Under the pieces are notes generated by a model. That model did no database searches. It had not been told where the DNA came from and was given only the letters and a program-made list of their open reading frames with translations. Shown here one piece after another: positions 1 to 10,040 of a stretch of 29,637 nt of DNA. The stretch is from Myxococcota bacterium. GTDB taxonomy: Bacteria > Myxococcota > JACRCW01. The stretch's first letter is position 1. The number at the start of each line of letters is the position of its first letter. The stretch covers positions 1 to 29,637 of the forward strand of contig JBFMGU010000130.1 in assembly GCA_040752415.1 (NCBI GenBank), given 5' to 3'. Both the position numbers and the translations under genes were made by a program.

Positions 1-1
1 G

Positions 2-1123
2 CCGGAGCGCCCCGGCTCCCTGCCCGGCTTCTCGCTCCCGCCCATGAGCAGCCCGGTGGGCCAGAGCCCCTACGCCGCGGAGTCCTCTCCCCGCCTCACC
101 GCCGCGCCCACCGTCGTGAAGGACCGGCCCGCCACCCCGCCACCATTGCCCGCGGGCGCCGTGCCTCCGCCGCTGCCGCAGACCGCGACGACGTCGGGGG
201 AGGGAGACCGGTTTGGCAACTACACGCTCTTGCGTCGCATCAAGGCGGGCGGGATGGCGGAGGTGTACCTGGCCAAGACCAGCGGCGTGGAGGGCTTTGA
301 GAAGAAGGTGGCCATCAAGCGGATCCTGCCGCACCTGACGGAGAGCAGTGAGTTCGTCGAGATGTTCATTGACGAGGCCAAGCTCACCGTGCAGCTCAAC
401 CACGCCAACATCGCCAACATCTACGAGCTGGGGAAGGTGGGCGGCAGCTACTTCATTGCCATGGAGTTCATCCACGGCCGCGACGTCAACGCGCTGTTCA
501 AGGACGCGTACCGTCGGAAGCAGCCGCTGCCGGTGGCGTTGTGCGCGTACATTGTGCAGCAGCTGTGTGAGGGCCTGGAGTACGCACACCGCAAGAAGGA
601 CCAGGACGGCCGTGACCTCGGCATCGTCCACCGCGACATCAGCCCCGCGAACATCCTGGTCAGCTACGAGGGCGCGGTGAAGATCATCGACTTCGGCATT
701 GCCAAGGCGGTGAGCAAGCTCTCCATGACGCGCCCGGGGCTCATCAAGGGCAAGATCAGCTACATGAGCCCGGAGCAGATGCGCGGGCAGGCCATTGATC
801 GTCGCAGCGACGTGTTTGCCGCGGGCATCATCCTCTACGAGCTGCTGGCCGGCCGCCGCCTCTTTGCCGCCAAGACCGACGTGGAGACCATCCGCAACGT
901 CATCAAGGGCACCATCCCGCCGCTCACGCAGCACCGTGCCGACGTGCCGCCGGACCTGGTGCAGATTGTGATGAAGGCGTTGGAGCGCGACTTCAACCAG
1001 CGTTACAGCTGGGCGGCGGAGCTGTCCGCGGACCTGCAGGCATTCATGATCCGCAACGGCCTGACCAACGCGCGCGGCGATCTCATCGCCCACATGGCCA
1101 AGCACCTCCCCGACACGGAGTGA
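2..1123 (+). CDS. Hanks-type Ser/Thr protein kinase with kinase domain at the C-terminus (probably 5'-partial)
   Basis: Motifs GGMAEVY, VAIK, HRDISPANIL, DFG and GKISYMSPEQ follow a Pro-rich linker. The frame is open from position 2 (PERPGSLPGFSLPP...), so the true start is probably upstream of the window; first ATG is at 44. Confidence 0.93.
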   Translation, partial: PERPGSLPGFSLPPMSSPVGQSPYAAESSPRLTAAPTVVKDRPATPPPLPAGAVPPPLPQTATTSGEGDRFGNYTLLRRIKAGGMAEVYLAKTSGVEGFEKKVAIKRILPHLTESSEFVEMFIDEAKLTVQLNHANIANIYELGKVGGSYFIAMEFIHGRDVNALFKDAYRRKQPLPVALCAYIVQQLCEGLEYAHRKKDQDGRDLGIVHRDISPANILVSYEGAVKIIDFGIAKAVSKLSMTRPGLIKGKISYMSPEQMRGQAIDRRSDVFAAGIILYELLAGRRLFAAKTDVETIRNVIKGTIPPLTQHRADVPPDLVQIVMKALERDFNQRYSWAAELSADLQAFMIRNGLTNARGDLIAHMAKHLPDTE

Positions 1124-1210
1124 CGACGCTCCTCCTCGCCGCGCCTTGTCCGGGGCGTGGCTTGGAATCAACATGCGCTTCGTCGTGCCCGTCACCCGGA
1201 GCCTGGTGCC

Positions 1211-2683
1211 ATGACCGAGGGAACGCCCACCCCGTTGGCCGAGCCCCCCGCGCCCCCGCTGCTGGAGTCCAAGGGCGTCAAGCGAGCCATCCTCGCCGGA
1301 GTCATCGTGATCTGCGGCGTGGCGACGTCGGTGATTGACCTGACACCGGACCTGTCGCACCTGCGCGTCACCGTGCTCTCCGGCTCCGTGGACGGGCACT
1401 ACCACGAGATCGTGGGCCAGCTCGCCGCGCACGCGGCGCTGCGGGAGGGACGGGTCACCAACGCCAGCAGCGCCGGTTCCGTCGAGAACGTGCGGCGGTT
1501 GGTGGCGGCCAGGGAGAGTTGCACCGAGCAGTTCGCGCTGGTCCAGGCGGGCACGGGTTGGCCCGCCGACGCACCGCTGTACCTGCTGGGACGGTTGGCC
1601 AAGGCGGAGTCGATGTTCTTCCTGGGCCGCGACGCGGACCGCATCAAGGACTTCACCCAGCTCCACGGCATGCGCCTGGGCGTGGGCCCCGAGGGGAGCG
1701 GTACCGCCAGGCTGGCCGGGCAGATCCTGGCCTCGCGCGATTTCTCGTCGCTGCAGGTCAAGACGTCCCACCACGGCTTCCGCGAGCAGCTGGACCTGCT
1801 GCAGGCCGGAGAGCTGGACCTGGGCGTGGTGGTGGTCGACGAGGACGCGGACCTCATGGACGAGGCGGTGCGCGTGCGCGGCCTGCAGATTGCGGGGTTC
1901 GGGAACCTGGACGTGGTGGCGCGTCGACTGAAGTTTGCACGCACCGGGAGGATTGGCGCCGGCCAGTACGACCCGGTGCGGATGCTGCCGCACCAGGACA
2001 AGCGCGTGTTGCGGCTGGAGACGCTGGTGGTGAGCAACGGGTGCGCGTCGCATTCCCAGACCGTGGGCATGCTGACGTTGCTGGCGGAGACCTTTCCCGA
2101 CTTCATCCGTCACAACAAGGAAACGCCCAACAACACCAACCTGCCCTGGGCGCCGGCGGCCAAGAGCTTCATGGCGCACGAGGGACCGGAGCTGCTCGAC
2201 GAACACGTGCCCTGGCTGGTGGACATCATGCCCACGAGCAACTGGGTGCACCTGCTGATGGTGGTCAGCATCCTGTTCAACGCCATGACCTTCTGGAACA
2301 AGTTCCGCCTGTGGCGGCTGGACGCCGACCGCGCCAAGGCCACCCAGTACCTGACGACGATCTTCGGGCACGCGGTCACGGTGCGTGAGCTGGAGGCGTT
2401 GGTGCCGCAGGACGCCCACCGTACGCCGGAGAAGCGGGCCATGCTGGACGCGCTCATTGGTCTGCACGAGCGGATGCGCCAGCGCTGCGCCGACGAGGCC
2501 ACCTCCATGCTGGTACCCATGGGCGAGGAGATGACCTACCGCTTCCAGCAGGAGCTCATCGAGGCCACGCTGAGCGCGCTGAAGCGTTTCCGGCAGCAGC
2601 TGATGGCGGGATCTCCTGGCACGGGACGGCCCACCGGCCGCCATGCTGAAGCCCACGCTGTCACCGCCCCGACCGACGGATGA
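1211..2683 (+). CDS. TAXI-family (TRAP-type) solute-binding protein with N- and C-terminal hydrophobic helices
   Basis: Typical TAXI motifs SGSVDGHY, SAGSVENV, FALVQAG and GVGPEGSGT. Hydrophobic segments AILAGVIVICGVA and WVHLLMVVSILFNAM. ATG 1211 chosen over GTG 1157. Confidence 0.8.
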   Translation: MTEGTPTPLAEPPAPPLLESKGVKRAILAGVIVICGVATSVIDLTPDLSHLRVTVLSGSVDGHYHEIVGQLAAHAALREGRVTNASSAGSVENVRRLVAARESCTEQFALVQAGTGWPADAPLYLLGRLAKAESMFFLGRDADRIKDFTQLHGMRLGVGPEGSGTARLAGQILASRDFSSLQVKTSHHGFREQLDLLQAGELDLGVVVVDEDADLMDEAVRVRGLQIAGFGNLDVVARRLKFARTGRIGAGQYDPVRMLPHQDKRVLRLETLVVSNGCASHSQTVGMLTLLAETFPDFIRHNKETPNNTNLPWAPAAKSFMAHEGPELLDEHVPWLVDIMPTSNWVHLLMVVSILFNAMTFWNKFRLWRLDADRAKATQYLTTIFGHAVTVRELEALVPQDAHRTPEKRAMLDALIGLHERMRQRCADEATSMLVPMGEEMTYRFQQELIEATLSALKRFRQQLMAGSPGTGRPTGRHAEAHAVTAPTDG

Positions 2684-2764
2684 CACGTGCGCGGGCATGG
2701 GCTACGTGCCTCCCCCGTTTGCCGCGGGTCCCCAACCACGCCCCGCCCATGACTGGAGTTGTCC

Positions 2765-4015
2765 ATGAAGAAGCGTGTCCTCCTGAGCCTCCTCTCGCTT
2801 GGCCTGGTGTCCGGTGCGTGCACCGGCGAGAGCTCGTCCACCTCGTCGTCGTCCAGCAGCGGCGGCATTGATCGCAGCAGCAGCCAGCAGGGCAGCAGCA
2901 CCAGCGGCAGCTCCGGTTCCTCGGGGTCGGGTTCGGGCTCGGGCTCGGGGTCGACGTCCTCCAGCGGCACCAACGGGTCCAGCAGCAGCGGCACCAACGG
3001 CAGCAGCTCCGGGACCAACGGCAGCACCTCGTCGGGCGGGAACAACGGGTCCAGCAGCAGCTCCGGCAGCGGCGGCGCGCACGTCCACACCATTGCCGAG
3101 CTGAAGGCGCTCATTGCCGCCGACCCGAACTGTCGCGGCAGCACCGGCACCAACTGCCAGTACAACCTCTCCCCCTACTACGACGTCATCCTGGAGAACG
3201 TGGTGGTCATGTCCGTCGAGCACACGGACTTTGACAACAAGGCCACCAATGACGACGGCGGCCAGCAGGCCCAGCGCGCCATCTACGTGGCCCAGAACCT
3301 CCAGGCCAACGCCAACGAGGGCATCGAGCTGGTGGCCCCGCTGTACTACGACCTGCCCGCGGTCAACCCCGGCGACGTCGTCACCATCGAGGGCAGCCTG
3401 CGCAGCCGCTTCGGCAACACGTACATCCGCGTGATCGACGTGGCCATCCAGCAGAGCGCCACCGGCACGCCCTCCCCAGCCACCGCCGCGGTGGGCGACG
3501 TGGCCAACGTGGACCAGGGTGCGGAGGCGTCCAGCGGTGGTTGCAGCACCAGCAACGTGGAGGCCAGCACCGCGGGTGAGCCGCTGGAGGGCTCCCTGGT
3601 GGACGTGACCCTGCCGCAGGGCGGCGTCAACGTGGCCTACGTCCCCACGCCGGGCGGCAGCGGGATCGTGCACCGCTTCTCCCTGGAGCAGGGCCTCATG
3701 GTGGGCGACAACTTTGGCGTGCTGGAGAGCTTCCAGGGCGACGCCGGCCCGGGCATTGCCAGCGGCCACAAGGTCACGCGCCTGCGTGGGTTCAGCTACT
3801 ACAGCTTCGGCTGTCGCAAGATCCACCCGCGCAGCACCGACGACCTCGTCATCGAGGCACCGGGCGGCAGCTCCTCCAGCAGCAGCTCGTCGTCGTCCAG
3901 CAGCTCCTCGTCGTCGTCCTCCAGCAGCAGCGGTGGCACCACCACGACCACCACCAGCGCGGGCAGCAGCTCCAGCGGGACCGCCAGCAGCAGCACCAGC
4001 AGCTCCGGCGGCTGA
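2765..4015 (+). CDS. Ser/Gly-rich lipoprotein with a central OB-fold-like domain
   Basis: GGAG at 2755-2758. Signal MKKRVLLSLLSLGLVSGA-C with lipobox. Poly-Ser/Gly tracts at both ends. Core motifs PGDVVTIEG, EPLEGSLV and IHPRSTDDL resemble the OB-fold accessory domains of extracellular nucleases. Confidence 0.8.
   Translation: MKKRVLLSLLSLGLVSGACTGESSSTSSSSSSGGIDRSSSQQGSSTSGSSGSSGSGSGSGSGSTSSSGTNGSSSSGTNGSSSGTNGSTSSGGNNGSSSSSGSGGAHVHTIAELKALIAADPNCRGSTGTNCQYNLSPYYDVILENVVVMSVEHTDFDNKATNDDGGQQAQRAIYVAQNLQANANEGIELVAPLYYDLPAVNPGDVVTIEGSLRSRFGNTYIRVIDVAIQQSATGTPSPATAAVGDVANVDQGAEASSGGCSTSNVEASTAGEPLEGSLVDVTLPQGGVNVAYVPTPGGSGIVHRFSLEQGLMVGDNFGVLESFQGDAGPGIASGHKVTRLRGFSYYSFGCRKIHPRSTDDLVIEAPGGSSSSSSSSSSSSSSSSSSSSSGGTTTTTTSAGSSSSGTASSSTSSSGG
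2824..3077 (+). repeat. Low-complexity Ser/Gly coding repeat (includes SSSGTNG units)
   Basis: Runs of agc/tcc/tcg/ggc codons and three ggcaccaacgg-like units. Confidence 0.85.
3862..4012 (+). repeat. Low-complexity poly-Ser/Thr coding tract
   Basis: Encodes GG + about 20 Ser + GGTTTTTTS...SSSGG at the lipoprotein C-terminus. Confidence 0.85.
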
Positions 4016-4123
4016 CCCCGGTGTTCCCCAGGGCGCGGTCGCCCTCCCCTCGTGACCGCGCCCTTCCGTTTTGCATCGCCCGACAAACCTCGCCTACCGT
4101 TCTCCCACCCCCTGGGAGTCCCG

Positions 4124-6304
<2,181 letters not shown>

Positions 6305-7119
6305 CAACCCGCTGGGTAGCGGAACGCTTGCGGGCCTTCTTGCGTGTGGCCGCCCTGGCCGGCGCCCTGTGCCCCTTGGCGGCCCGACGGACAGCACGCG
6401 TCGGACCCACGTCCAGCTCGATGCCAAACACGTCGCCGAGGGAGGAGGTGTCCAGGAGCTTGGCGCCCTTTGCCTTGGTCGAGACGGTGGTGCCGCGCGC
6501 CACCAGGTCCGTGGGGTCCACCTTGCGCAGCGTGAAGAGCAGGTCCGGGCTCTCATCCAAGCGCGCGCCCACGCCGTACAACGTTGCCGCAACGTGCTTG
6601 CACATCTCCGCCCAGTCCGGGCACGAGCACGAGAACGACATCTCCGCTGGACGCGGAAACAGACCCTCCTTGGGGTTGGCGAGAATGCTGAGCACCCCGT
6701 CGGCAAGACGCCCCTTCAGCAGCTCCACCACCGAGTCAATCCGGCCGGAACAGGCCTCCACCACCGCGTTCCAGCGCCGCGGCGTCAGCGCCTTGATGTC
6801 GATCTTGATGGTGTAGAGCTCCGTCCCGCTGACCAGCGCGTGCACCACGCCCGGCTCGATGCGCAGGTCGATCACCGAGCCGTTGCGCACGTAGGAGCGC
6901 CCGCGCGGGAGTCGGTTGGAGAAGTCGCTGTGACACTCCAGGTTCTCGCACCACGCCTTGCCCCACCACTTCTTGGCGATCTCGCGCCCCTCGATCCGCA
7001 CCGGACTCAGCTCGCGTCCCTTGGCCAGCTTCTTGGCGCGTTGGGCCGCCTGACGACGTCGTTCCGCCACGGGCACGTACGGTGGATAGAACTCACCCCA
7101 ATAAGCCATCACGCCTCCT

Positions 7120-9825
7120 TCACTCGCCCGCGGTTGCGGACTCCAGGTCCAGCGCCACCAGGCGAAGGATCTCGTCGTTGCTGAGCTCGGTGAGCGCCGG
7201 AGCGCCGCCGTCTTCCACCACGGCCGCCGCCAGGCTGCGCTTGGACGCAATCAGCTCATCAATGCGCTCCTCGACGGTGCCGCGACAGATGAACTTGTGC
7301 ACCAGCACGTTCTTCTTCTGACCAATGCGGAAGGCCCGGTCGGTGGCCTGGTTCTCGACGGCGGGATTCCACCAGCGGTCGAAATGCACGACGTGGGACG
7401 CCGCGGTGAGGTTGAGCCCGGTACCGCCGGCCTTCAAGGAGAGCACGAAGAAGCCCGGGCCGTCGTCGGATTGGAAGGCGTCCACGCGCTCCTTGCGCTG
7501 TCGCACCGGCGTGTCACCGTGGAGCACCAGCCCGGGCGCCTGGAACACCTCGGCAAGCTGGCCGTGGAGCGGCTCCACCATCTCCTTGAACTGCGTGAAC
7601 ACCAGCACCTTCTCCTGGCGCGCGGCCACCTGCTCGGCCAGCTCGCGCAGGCGGAGGAACTTCCCGCTGTCACCGGTGCCGTACGCGCCGTCCTGCAGCC
7701 AGTGCGAGGGATGGTTGCAGATCTGTTTGAAGCGCGTGAGGAACGCCAGCACCAGGCCGCGACGCTTCATGCCCTCCACCTCGCGCAGCCCACGCGCCAG
7801 CTCCTCCACGGATTGCTGGTAGAGCGCGGCTTGTCGTTGGGAGAGCGTGCACCAGGCGTTCACCTCGGTCTTCTCCGGGAGGTCCGTGATCACCTGCTTG
7901 TCGGTCTTGAGGCGACGCAACAGGTAGGGGCGCACGAGCTGGCGCAGCGGGGCGTAGTGTTCCGGGCTGTTCGCCGCGTCGAGGCGCTTGGCAAACGCGC
8001 TGAACGACTTCTGCGAGCCCAGCAGCCCGGGGTTGAGGAAGTCGAAGATGGACCACAGGTCCCCCAGGCGGTTCTCGACGGGCGTCCCGGTCAGCGCCAC
8101 CCGAGCGCGCGCATGCAACGCCTTCACCGCGCGCGTCTGCTTGGCACCGGGGTTCTTGATGGCCTGCGCCTCGTCGAGGACCAGGGTGTCCCAGTCCTGG
8201 TCGGCGCCAAAGCCGTCGCGCACCATGCCGTAGGTGGTGATGACGGCGTCCACGCCCTTGAGCTTGCGCGCATCCTCCACGGCGAGCTCGCGGTCCACGA
8301 CGGAGGAATGCGCCACCCGCACCGCCAGGCCGGGCGCGAACTTCCGCGCCTCATCCACCCAGTTGGCCACCAGCGACGCGGGCACGACGAGCAGGCTGGG
8401 TGCGCGCGCGCCGTGGGCCCGTTGCAGCAGCAGCAACGCGAGCACCTGGATGGTCTTTCCCAGACCCATGTCGTCGGCGAGACAGGCGCCCAGGCCCATG
8501 CGGTTGAGCAGCCACAACCAGCGCAGGCCGGTCTCCTGGTAGTGACGCAGCGTGCCCTTGAGCTCGCGACCGGGACGGACCGCGGCAAGCGACTCGGGGT
8601 TCCGCGCACCTTCGAGCAGCTCACGGAGCCACGGCCCCGACGTGACCCGGGACCATTCCGGTGTCTCCGCGGGTGGAGCGCGCTCCCCGTCGATCTGCGC
8701 TCCGGCGAGGAGACGCATGGCCTCCAGGAAGGACACGCCGTCGCCGGCCTGCTCCTTCACGTCTTCCCAGTGTTCCAGGACCTGCTGCAGCCGCTCGCTG
8801 TCCACCTCCACCCAGCGACCGCGCAACAGCACCAGGCCCGCGCCGGCCTTGCGGATGCTGGCCCACTCGGCGCGCGTGAGCTTCTGGCCGTCCAGCGCCA
8901 CGTCGACGGAGAAATCCAACAACGCTTCCAGGCCCAGCGTGGAGGGCACGGAGCCGCCCACCTTGACCTGCACCTGCACGCGGGAGGGATTGCGCGGCTT
9001 CCACCAGTCGGGAACGCGCACCACCAGGCCGGCGGATTCCATGGCCGGCACGTCGCGGAGGAACTGGTACGCGTCCGACGGGGTCCACGCCAGCGGGTGA
9101 TACACCTGTCGCGACGAGACCAGCTCCCGCACCACCGCGGACTCGCGCGCGGCGCGCTCCAGGGGACTGAGCAGGGCCAGCAGCGCCTGTCGATTGCGCG
9201 CGTGTTCCTCCAGCGCCTGCCCCAGCGGACGGTGTTGCACGCGGGCACCCTTGCCGGGTCGCGTGGCGTACGTGGCGAGGAAGGCGAAGGGGTGGGTGGC
9301 GTCGTTCTTGTTCTCCGCCAGGTGGAAACACACGCGGCCCACCAGGTTCCACACCGGATTCCGGGAACGGAGGTACTCCGTCACGCTTCCCTTGAACGCG
9401 GTGATCTCGTCACGGAACGCGTCGTTCATGGCGTGCCAGAGGTGGCGTTGCACGTCGGAGGTGAGGAGCTCCGCGCCCTGCATGGGCGGCACGCCCGCGG
9501 CCCACGCCGCCAGCTCATCGTCGGGAATGGGAACCCGTGCGTCCTCTCGCTGCTCCTCCAGCTCGGGCATCATGCAGAGGCGGGAGAGGAACAACGTGGC
9601 GAAGTCGCGCCAGAACGCCAGGGTGTGCGGCAGCGCGTCCGACGGATGCATGAGCCCCAGGTGGAGCAGTCCCTCACCGGTGCCGCGTGACAACGCCTGG
9701 GACAACGCCTTGGCCACGTCGGCGTCGACGACCCCGACGCCGGTGGGGTTGCGTTCCGGCCGCACCGCACCCGAAGGCGTTAGCGCCAGCGCCATGGGCA
9801 CTGTGCTTCCTTGGTTATCCGGCAT
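7120..9825 (-). CDS. SNF2-family (DEAD/DEAH-box) helicase/ATPase
   Basis: Motifs LADDMGLGKT, DEAQ, LTGTPVEN, LRRLK, SLKAGGTGLNL and QATDRAFRIGQ. Start uncertain (9825 or 9795). Confidence 0.95.
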   Translation of the reverse strand: MPDNQGSTVPMALALTPSGAVRPERNPTGVGVVDADVAKALSQALSRGTGEGLLHLGLMHPSDALPHTLAFWRDFATLFLSRLCMMPELEEQREDARVPIPDDELAAWAAGVPPMQGAELLTSDVQRHLWHAMNDAFRDEITAFKGSVTEYLRSRNPVWNLVGRVCFHLAENKNDATHPFAFLATYATRPGKGARVQHRPLGQALEEHARNRQALLALLSPLERAARESAVVRELVSSRQVYHPLAWTPSDAYQFLRDVPAMESAGLVVRVPDWWKPRNPSRVQVQVKVGGSVPSTLGLEALLDFSVDVALDGQKLTRAEWASIRKAGAGLVLLRGRWVEVDSERLQQVLEHWEDVKEQAGDGVSFLEAMRLLAGAQIDGERAPPAETPEWSRVTSGPWLRELLEGARNPESLAAVRPGRELKGTLRHYQETGLRWLWLLNRMGLGACLADDMGLGKTIQVLALLLLQRAHGARAPSLLVVPASLVANWVDEARKFAPGLAVRVAHSSVVDRELAVEDARKLKGVDAVITTYGMVRDGFGADQDWDTLVLDEAQAIKNPGAKQTRAVKALHARARVALTGTPVENRLGDLWSIFDFLNPGLLGSQKSFSAFAKRLDAANSPEHYAPLRQLVRPYLLRRLKTDKQVITDLPEKTEVNAWCTLSQRQAALYQQSVEELARGLREVEGMKRRGLVLAFLTRFKQICNHPSHWLQDGAYGTGDSGKFLRLRELAEQVAARQEKVLVFTQFKEMVEPLHGQLAEVFQAPGLVLHGDTPVRQRKERVDAFQSDDGPGFFVLSLKAGGTGLNLTAASHVVHFDRWWNPAVENQATDRAFRIGQKKNVLVHKFICRGTVEERIDELIASKRSLAAAVVEDGGAPALTELSNDEILRLVALDLESATAGE

Positions 9826-9871
9826 GTCGCGTCGTCCCCTGTCCCGTGGTGACTGATAACGACACGCACTG

Positions 9872-10027
9872 CTACGTCCAGCCGGCCGCGTCAACGACTC
9901 CGCTTTCCTTCACGAGGAGCAGGGCGACGTCGCATCCTGAGCACGCCGGGTCCGCGAGGTCTTTGGGTCGGCCTGCTGCGGCCTTGTTCTTGATCAGTTG
10001 CCTCGGTGAACCTTGGAGACCACCCAT
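9872..10027 (-). pseudogene. C-terminal remnant of a nucleotidyltransferase-like (DUF6036-type) gene
   Basis: Hand translation: MGGLQGSPRQLIKNKAAAGRPKDLAD-PACSGCD-VALLLVKESGVVDAAGWT*. It contains the LIxNKxAxGRPKDLxD motif I recognise from the C-terminus of this family. The N-terminal catalytic part is absent. Confidence 0.55.
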
Positions 10028-10040
10028 CCGCGTCAACGAC
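9886..10040. repeat. 13-bp exact direct repeat CCGCGTCAACGAC (9886-9898 and 10028-10040)
   Basis: Read directly. The right copy contains the stop codon of the TPR gene, and the pair brackets the remnant. Confidence 0.85.
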
